From: Felis catus | Taxonomy: Eukaryota | NCBI RefSeq assembly: GCF_018350175.1 | Contig: NC_058373.1 | Coordinates: forward strand, 100,194,001-100,258,000 | Direction of reading: 5' to 3' | DNA length: 64,000 bases | Shown: positions 53,450-64,000 of the stretch, piece by piece | How the letters are laid out: every line of letters begins with the position of its first letter | Numbering within the stretch: position 1 is the stretch's first letter | Program-made: the position numbers and the translations under genes | The notes under the pieces: generated by a model | What the model was told of the DNA's origin: nothing | What the model saw: the letters and a program-made list of their open reading frames with translations, nothing else | Database searches by the model: none

Positions 53450-53612
53450 CAGAGCCGGCTTCATAGGCACTGGGCCCCACTGCAGTTGCCCTGGGCCTCA
53501 CACTTGGTTCTACTCTCTGCTGCCACAGAATTGAAACTCTTAACAATTTTTAAACAAAGAACCCTCTATTTGCATTTTGCACAGGTTACCACAGACTATG
53601 CAGCCATTCCTG
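53450..53612 (+). mobile_element. MER45A-like hAT-Tip100 MITE inserted in a MIR
   Basis: CAGAGCCGGCTTCAT ... ATGCAGCCATTCCTG ends; MIR-like flanks. Confidence 0.7.
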
Positions 53613-55329
53613 CATGACTCCAGATTCTGTACCCTTAGTAATGAAGATGCACTAGTGAAGATGAATTCCCTACTTCATTGTACAAGTTAAAAATTTAGTC
53701 AAAAGCAACACCTGTAAACTATATTTGGAAAATAAGAGTATTCGACATGTCAACAAAATACATTGAACAAAGCATTCTGGATAGAAATAAAAATCCATTA
53801 ACTGGGCAATCAGAAATTAACATCAAAATGTCTTGATGAGTTATTTTACAAAATAAAGCCATACTTAAAGTTACTTTCCTTTATCTCACTCCATCCCCAT
53901 TTAGTAAAATTCTGCTGGTGCCCAATTAATATGCTGGGAAAGTTAAAATAGTATGTGATTTGATTATCAAATTTCAAAAGATTTTTAGAAAGGAATGAAA
54001 TAGATTTGGTTTACAAAAAATTATTTTAGGATCTTAAGGTGCGCTGAAGTATTACAAAACTAGGAAATTTCAGTAAATAGAATTGCAGATGTCTGAAGCT
54101 GAATCTCATCATCAACACTAGGGTGACTGATTTTAAAAACTAAACCTTAACCCTCCCTAAATATTTCTCCAGAACCTTTCCAATTTAACTGTGAAGTTAG
54201 CATGCATTTACAAGGCCCATATAAGCCTAACAGCCCAATAAATGCCTAGTGAATGAATAACAAATGGTATAAGACTTACTCGGTCACAACTCAGAAAATC
54301 CAAAAGAAGAAAGTTTCCCCAATTGCCACAAATGATATCACAAAAACGATACACCAAATTCGTTTTTACTAGGATCATCAAGTTCTCGTTCAATTGACTA
54401 TTCTTTGGGCAATTTCAACAATTTAGTTTCCCAACTTGTACAGCAGACTAAAATACAAACAGGGAGGAGATGCTGCTAGAAGCAAGCAATTGAGAGCAAC
54501 AAGTAGTAGACACTGGGAATGAAGATTTTTAAAGTTGATACAAAAATTTAAAAAGCATAATCCAAGGCTAAACCTAAACTGCTTTACATATCTCAAGAGT
54601 TCCTGGGTCATCGCTACATTACTTCATGACATGGTGAATGGGAGAAGGGGGAAGTTTTGCTCTTTGAGACTTTAGGGTTTGTCTACATGCACTTCGTAAC
54701 AATTTCGATACTAATTTGACTAATTTTTTAATCTAAAGAACACTTTATTCGCTGATTTTTAACAGACCATGCCATATTTATTAAGCTATGAAATTATACT
54801 TCAGCAGAGAATTTTAAAAAGTATTTTCTGATCGTTTATTTGATCCCTATAATCTGGTACAATTCCCAGGCTACCGATTAGGAAACTGGAGCATGTGGAG
54901 CCTCAAGGTAACACTGCAAATGTGTGAACTGGGACTTGGAATCCTATCTTGTTTTCCCATCTTGAGCTCTAAAACACCATAGTCCATAGACTTCAATCTT
55001 CACATCATCGTACCAGACAGGTAGCTTTAATTCTAAAAAATACCAGCGAATTCTACCTAAAAGGCTGACCTAAATGATTTCTTGAGACCCATTCTAAGAT
55101 TTATTCATGAGTGCATAACCTAACAAAACTAATTCCATAATCTCCCGTTTCAATTTTGCCCGAAATTTTAAGAGTTCGGTTTACATAAACATCAGTTCCT
55201 CCTATAAGGAAAATCATAGTGCTCAGTGTGTCTAGGGGTACAAGCCCCGGGAAAAGACACAAAGGATGTCCTTCCCTTCCGCAGCTGAAGCCCCAGTTTA
55301 GTCAGTGCAGGAGGTGATCTTCCGGGCAG

Positions 55330-56310
55330 AATCAGGTCCTCAAGTGGCTCCCGACCGCCGCGGGGTGCACCTCGGAAAGGAACAGGGAAAAGGGGGGTCG
55401 GGGCATTCGTACCCCTTCAAAATTGATGGCAGCAAGGGCTGTGAGCAGCTGTCTCGATCCCCCACGTTAAAATCTGGTGAGCGAAGAGTCAGTTTCGACC
55501 CCAGACCCTGTGCCCACCACTGTATGGCTGGACCACTAGCCCTCATCCCTAACCTCTTTCTGACCCAGGCGCGCTCAACTTGCGCCGAACCGCACTCCAC
55601 CACCACATGTGCACCCACCTGGCGAGGCTAAATGCGCGGCTCCCGGAACAAACACCTCCCACCCGGGCCTAGCTCTCCTCGCCCGGGGACAGCGGTCACA
55701 CCTGTTTGATAAATGTGAAGGCAGGCCCACGACGGCCCCCTGGACCCCAGGCGCGGCCCGGCTCTCGCTCCCCGGCCCCCAGCCTCCCTCACCCGTGGAG
55801 GCCTCGCGGTCGGCGCTCCTCTCCAGGCCCGCTGGACTCTCACCCACCCGGGCACACAGCACCGGATCCGGATCCGGCTTCAGCGCCAGCCCCACCTCCT
55901 CCTCCACCTCCCGCGCCACGGTTGCCGTCGCGGCCGCCCCTGCGCGAGCCGCCACCGGGACGTGGCAACGCCGCCAACGCCTCCGCCCCACCCCGGGCCG
56001 CTTACGCAGGGCCTCGCGCAGGCGGGCGGAGGTGCTCCGAGGGCGAGGGGCGGGCCGGGGCGGGGCGTGCGGCGGGCTTTCGCACGTGGGGCGCGGCGAG
56101 GACCGCCCCCGCGGGGACTCCGCCTCCCGGCGGCGCAGGGGGCCCCACCCGGGCTCGCTCCCTGCGGTCATGCCCGTGGCCTCCAGCTCTCGGCTTCTCG
56201 GGAAATAACTCTGCTTAGGAGTCAGCGAAGCACCGTAAGTGGTGATAGTGTGGGCCTTTTGCGTTCTCGGAACCCGGAGGCTCGGCCTCTTGCCCTCTGC
56301 CGTTGCCCCT
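55330..56310. promoter_or_regulatory. GNPNAT1: CpG island / GNPNAT1 promoter
   Basis: CpG-dense; GC boxes ~56048-56065, CACGTG 56083-56088, GACGTGGCA 55959-55967. Confidence 0.9.
55844..56000 (-). other. GNPNAT1: probable non-coding exon 1 of GNPNAT1
   Basis: Inside the CpG island; minus-strand donor GG|gtgaga at 55843; the first coding exon has an acceptor 14 nt before its ATG, so an upstream exon is required; TSS approximate. Confidence 0.55.
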
Positions 56311-56461
56311 TGTTGCCCCTTCTCTTAATAGTGCATTTAATTAGGACTTGGGCGACTGGCTGGCAGCTGGAAGCTCCTCATCCCGTTTTCTGAGTCACCT
56401 CCGTGAAGTGGGGCCACTGCAGTCCTTTCAGATCCTTTTTGGATGAACCACAGGGTTAAGA

Positions 56462-56661
56462 CACCGGTTCTCAGCTGTGGCGGTTTCGCCTGCCAGGAGA
56501 CAGTTGGCGATGTCTGGAGTTTTTCAGCCTGTCTGTGGGAGAGATGTCACTGTTATCTGCCAGAGGGTAGAGACCACCTAGGCTGTTAAACGTAAAATAC
56601 ACAGCAGGGACCCATGACAACATTGGAGAGTTAGTGGAGATGCTGAGGTGGAGAAACCCTG
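56462..56661 (+). mobile_element. MER20-like hAT-Charlie element
   Basis: CACCGGTTCTCA...GGCGATGTCTGGAG...GAGGTGGAGAAACCCTG resembles MER20. Confidence 0.7.
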
Positions 56662-57406
56662 GATTAGAAAAGAAAAAAATGACTTTTGAGTTCCCATTTC
56701 CAAAACAGATGTCCTCATTTTACGGGTTAGGGAACTGAGGTTCAGAGAAGTAATTTACCAAAGTCATATAGCTACTTGCACCCCTTCCTTGCCTTATACC
56801 ATAAATTTCAACTTACTGGAATTGCAAAGTATTTTATTCTTAATACTGTTTGAAGAACACTGTATATAGTCTGCTAGAAATGATATTTTCTGCTTATTTG
56901 TGAGATTTAAGTTTCAGTTAACACTTTTACTGGTTCATGTATTCTCACACCTTCAAACGTCTGTGTGGCTGATGGCATCCACATTTCTGTATCCATCCTT
57001 CTTTTTACCGTTTTGCATAGGAAAAATGTATAAGACGTAAAAAGAAACACCACAAATCTTAAATATAGATCCTTGTTTCCTTATCACACTTCTGGCCCTA
57101 TGTTTTCGATGTATTTCTTCTGAGCAACAAAATACTGTAAATTTTACAGTTTAGCAAAAAGTATAGCAATCAGTTACACAGTTTATCACAGAACACAGTT
57201 CTGAGAGGTACCCCAAAAGATCTCCCGCATTTCACACGTATTCCTCCTTATCCCTTTTGTGCCACAGGAATACGATTTCTCCTTAATAGTCACTCTAGCC
57301 AGCGCACTCTAGCCTCCTCCTTTGCCTGTTGGTTTACTTGCAATGAGGTAGCCAGGTGACAATCTCAACTTCTAGTTTAATGGAATCATTGGTGTGTTCT
57401 CTAGTG

Positions 57407-57482
57407 ATTTTTATTTATTTTTTATTTTTAAATTGTATTTGAGAGAGAGCGAGTGAGCAAGCAAGTGAGGGACAGGGGCAGC

Positions 57483-57545
<63 letters not shown>

Positions 57546-57684
57546 TCTCATGCAGGTTTCTTGCTCCGCATGGAGCAAGGAGCCCCTTGCTCCAACGTGG
57601 GGCTTGATCCCAGGATCCTGGGATCATGACCTGAACAAAAATCAAGAATTGGACGCTCAACTGACTAAGCCACACAGGTGCCCC
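57407..57684 (-). mobile_element. Can-SINE with long (GA)n
   Basis: SINE body plus (GA)n at ~57486-57543. Confidence 0.88.
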
Positions 57685-58400
57685 TATTTTGTTTTTTCAA
57701 TTGAAATATAACTCATGTATAACATAACAATGATTTTATATATGTATGTACTGCAAAACGATTACTTCAGTAAGTTCAATTAACATTCCTCACCATACAT
57801 AGTTACAAATTTGGGTTTGTTTTTTTGTGTGTGATGAGAACTTTTAACATTTACCCTCTTAGCGACTTTCAAATATACAATATTGTTAGCTATAGTCATC
57901 ATGCCTACGTTGTATCCCCAGGAGTAATTTAACTTATAACTGGAAGTTTGTGCCTTTTGACCCTTTCAGTCATTTTGCTCTGACAACTACTAATTTTTTC
58001 TCTATATCCATGAATTTATTTGTTCGTCTTGTTAGATAGAACATATAAGATCATAGAGTATTTGTCTTTCTCTTTCTGACTTGTTTCACTTACCATAATG
58101 TATTAAAGCTCCATCTGAGTTGTTGTAAATGACAGGATTCCCTTTTTTATTGTGGAATAATATTCCACTATTTGTATTTGTATTTATATATATGTATATA
58201 TAAACAAACTTCTTTATACATTCATCTAACAGTGGATACTTAAGTTGTTCCCAAGTCTTGGCTATTGTTAGTAATGCTGCTATGAACATGTGGGTGTATA
58301 TATCTTTTCTAGCTGGTGGTTTAATTTTCTTTGGATAAATATCCAGAAGTGAAATTGCTGGGCCATATGGTAATTTCTATTTAAACATTTTTGAGGAACA
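57685..58400 (-). mobile_element. old L1 3' end (L1MA-like), antisense
   Basis: Typical L1 3'UTR/ORF2 end, MFIAALLTIAKTW-like peptide on the minus strand. Confidence 0.75.
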
Positions 58401-58439
58401 TGTTTTTGTTTTTGTTTTGTGTTGTTTAGAACCTTTTTT

Positions 58440-61198
58440 TTTTTAGTTTTTATTTTCATTCTAGTTAACATACATTGTTATATTGGTTTCAGGTGTACAA
58501 TATAGTGATTCCACAATTCCATTCACCACCTGGTCCTCATCACAGCAAGTGCGATCCTTAATCCCCATAATCTGTTTAACCAATGGTGGTTACATAGTTG
58601 CAGTGGAACTGATAACCATCAGTGCTTTATAGTTAAGAGTCTTGGTTTGTTTCTTTCTCTCTCTTCCTCCACCCCCATGCTCCTTTGTTTTGTTTCTTAA
58701 ATTCCACACATGAGGGAAATCAAATGGTATTTCTTTCTTTGACTGACTTATTTTGCTTAACGTTATACTCTCTAGCTCCATCCATATTGTTGTAAATGGC
58801 AAAATTTCATTCTTTTTATGGCTGAATAATATTCCGTTGTATACAAACATCACATCTTCTTTATCCATTTTTTAATCGATGGACACTTGGGCTGCTACCA
58901 TATCTTGGCTCTTGTAAATAATGCTGCAATGAACATGAGGTGCTATATCTTTTTGAATTAGTATTTTTGTATTCTTTGGGTAAATATCCAGGACTGCAAT
59001 GGCTGTATTATGGAGTAGTTCTATTTTTAACTTTTTGAGGAACTTTCATACTGTTTTACATAGTGGCTGCACCAGTTTACATTCCCACCAATGGTGCAAG
59101 AGGGTTCCTTTTTCTCCACATCCTTACCTGTACCTGTTGTTTCTTCTGTTGTTGATTTTAACCATTCTGACATGTGAGGTGATATCTCTCGTAGTTTTGA
59201 TTTGCATTTTCCTGATGGTAAGTGGTGTTGAGCATCTTTTCATGTGTCTATTAGCCATCTGGATGTCTTCTTTGGAGAACTGTCTGTTCATGTCTTTTGC
59301 CCATGTTTTACATGAACTATTTGTTTTTTGGTGTTGAGTTGTATGAGTTCTTTATATATTTGGATACTAGCCCTTTATTGGATATGTCATTTGTAAATAT
59401 CTTCTCCCATTCAGTAAGTTGCCTTTTAGTTTTATTGATTGTTTCTTTCACTGTGCAGAAGCTTTTTATTTTGATGTAGTCCCAATAGTTTATTTTTGCT
59501 TTTGTTTCCCTTGCCTCAGGGGATCTGTTTAGGAAAAAGTTGCTACAGATGATGTCAAAGAGGCTACTGCCTGTATTCTAGGATTTTTATGGTTTCAGAT
59601 CTCACATTTAGGCCGTCAATCCATTTTGAATTGATTTTTGCATATAGTATTAGAAAGTGGTGCACATTCTTTCTTTGGCATGTTGCTGTCCAGTTTTCCC
59701 AACACCACTTGTTGAAGAGACTGTCTTTTTTCCTATTGGATATTCTTCCCTGCTTTGTCAAAGATTAATTGACCATATGATTGTGGGCTTACTTCTGGAT
59801 TTTCTATTCTGTTCCACTGATCTTTGTGTCTCTTTTTGCATCAGTACCATACTGTTTTGACTACTCCATCTTTGTAATATAACTTGAAGTCCAGAATTGT
59901 GATGTCTCCAGCTTTACTTTTCCTTTTCAAGATTGCTTTGGCTGGCTGGGTCTTTTGTGGTTCCACACAAATTTTAGGATTATTCTAGTTCTGTGAAAAA
60001 TGCTGTTAGGATTTTGCTAGGGATTGCATTAAATATGTAGATTGCTTTGGGTAGTATGGACATTTTAATCATATTTGTTCTTCTAATCCATAAGCTTGAA
60101 ATGTCTTTCCAGTTCTTTGTGTTGTCTTCCATTTCTTTCATCAGTGTTTTGTAGTTTTCAGAGTACAGGTCTTTCACCTCTTTGGTTAGTTTTATTCCTA
60201 GATATCTCATTAGTTTTGGTACAATTGTAAATGGGACTGTTTTCTCTTAAAAAAAAATTTTTTTTTTAATTAAGTAGACTCCATGCCCAATGTGGGGCTT
60301 GAATTCATGACTCTGAGGTTAAGAGTCACATGCTTTACTGCCAGAGCCAGCCAGGCACCCCTAAATGGATTGTTTTCTTAATATCACTTTCTGCTGGCTC
60401 ATTATTGGTATATAGAAATGCAACCAATTTCTGTATGTTGATTTTGCATCGTGTAACTTTACTGAATTTATTTATCAGTTGTAGGAGGTTTTTGGTGGAG
60501 TCTTTTGGGTTTTCTATATATAATAGTATCATGTCATTTGCAAGTAGTGGAAGTTTCACTTCTTCCTTTCCAATTTGGATGCTTTTTATTCCTTTGTCTT
60601 GTCTGATTGCTCTGGCTAGGACTTTCAGTAATGTGTTAAATAGAAGTGGTGAAAGTGGACATCCTTGTCTTGTTCCTGACCTTATGGGAAAAGCTCTCAG
60701 TTTTTCACCCTTGGGTATAATGTTCTCTATGGGTTTTTCATATATTGCCTTTATTATGTTGAGATATGTTCCCTCTGAATCTACTTTGTTGAGGGTTTTT
60801 ATCATGAATGGATGTGGCACTTGTCAAATGCTTTTTCTGCATCTATTCAAATGATTATATGGTTCTTGTCCTTTCTCTTATGTGATGTATCACATTGATT
60901 GATGTGCAAATATTGAGCCACTCTTTCCCAAGAATAAATCTCACTTGATTGTGGTGAAAGATTTTTTAAAATGTATTCTTGGATTCAGTTTGCTGTTATT
61001 TTGTTGAGCATTTTTGCATCTATGTTCATCAGAGATATTGGCCTATAGTTCTTTTTTGGGGGGGGGGTGTCTTTATCTGGTTTTGGTATCAGGGTAACAC
61101 TGGCCTCATAGAACGAATTTGGAAATTTTCCTTCCTTTTCTATTTTTTGCAATAGTCTGAGAAGAAGAGATATTAACTCCTCTTTAAGTGTTTGATAG
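58440..61198 (-). mobile_element. older LINE-1, 3'UTR plus ORF2 (RT) region, antisense
   Basis: Minus-strand ORF2 peptides [45 protein letters not shown]; degenerate. Confidence 0.92.
60249..60361 (-). mobile_element. short old Can-SINE inserted in L1 ORF2
   Basis: Imperfect TSD TAAATGG(G)A(C/T)TGTTTTCT. Confidence 0.8.
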
Positions 61199-61199
61199 A

Positions 61200-61370
61200 G
61201 GGGTGCCTGGGTGGCTCAGTCAGCTAAGTGTCCAGCTCAGGTCATGATCTCATGGTTGTGAGATTGAGCCTCGTGTTGGGCTTCACACTGGGCATGGAGC
61301 CTGCTTAGGATTCTCTTTCTCCCTCTCTCTCTGCCCCTCCCTTCCTCTCAAAATTAATTAATTAAAAAAT
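61200..61370 (+). mobile_element. Can-SINE between the antisense L1 and the 5'-intact L1
   Basis: GGGGTGCCTGGGTGGCTCAG head; tail abuts the L1 5' end. Confidence 0.88.

Positions 61371-64000
<2,630 letters not shown>

Noticed and set aside
55862..55877. 16-bp palindrome CCGGATCCGGATCCGG in the GNPNAT1 5' region
   Set aside because: Explained by tandem repetition of a self-complementary hexamer; no evidence of function.
55305..56393. Long overlapping ORFs (up to 199 aa) on both strands
   Set aside because: Low-complexity Pro/Arg/Gly/Ala products expected from stop-poor CpG-island DNA; no recognisable domain.
4754..61370. tRNA-like A/B boxes (TGGCTCAGTCGG, GGTTCGA)
   Set aside because: Belong to tRNA-derived SINE heads; no complete cloverleaf seen.

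Overview
Mammalian genomic DNA, most likely a felid: the many tRNA-derived SINEs are of the Can-SINE/SINEC_Fc type and the L1 looks carnivore/felid. It holds two complete, convergent protein-coding genes. STYX (+ strand, CpG-island promoter ~1.7-2.5 kb, 11 coding exons 2219-35977, 223 aa) is the dual-specificity pseudophosphatase with Gly in place of the catalytic Cys. GNPNAT1 (- strand, CpG-island promoter ~55.6-56.3 kb, 5 coding exons 50380-42738, 184 aa) encodes glucosamine-6-phosphate N-acetyltransferase. All coding splice junctions are GT-AG and both frames reconstruct without gaps. Introns and intergenic DNA are dense in SINEs (~40 copies), old L1/L2/MIR, LTR and DNA-transposon remnants. 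The right end is a nested retroelement stack: an older antisense L1, then a SINE, then a 5'-intact L1, into whose ORF1 a full-length RPS14 processed pseudogene inserted with a 13-bp target-site duplication. I found no new biological system. The most notable points are the nested insertions, re-used insertion targets, two candidate poison exons and uORFs in STYX, and clustered miRNA seed matches in the STYX 3'UTR. Repeat family names and orthologue comparisons are from recognition, not database searches.
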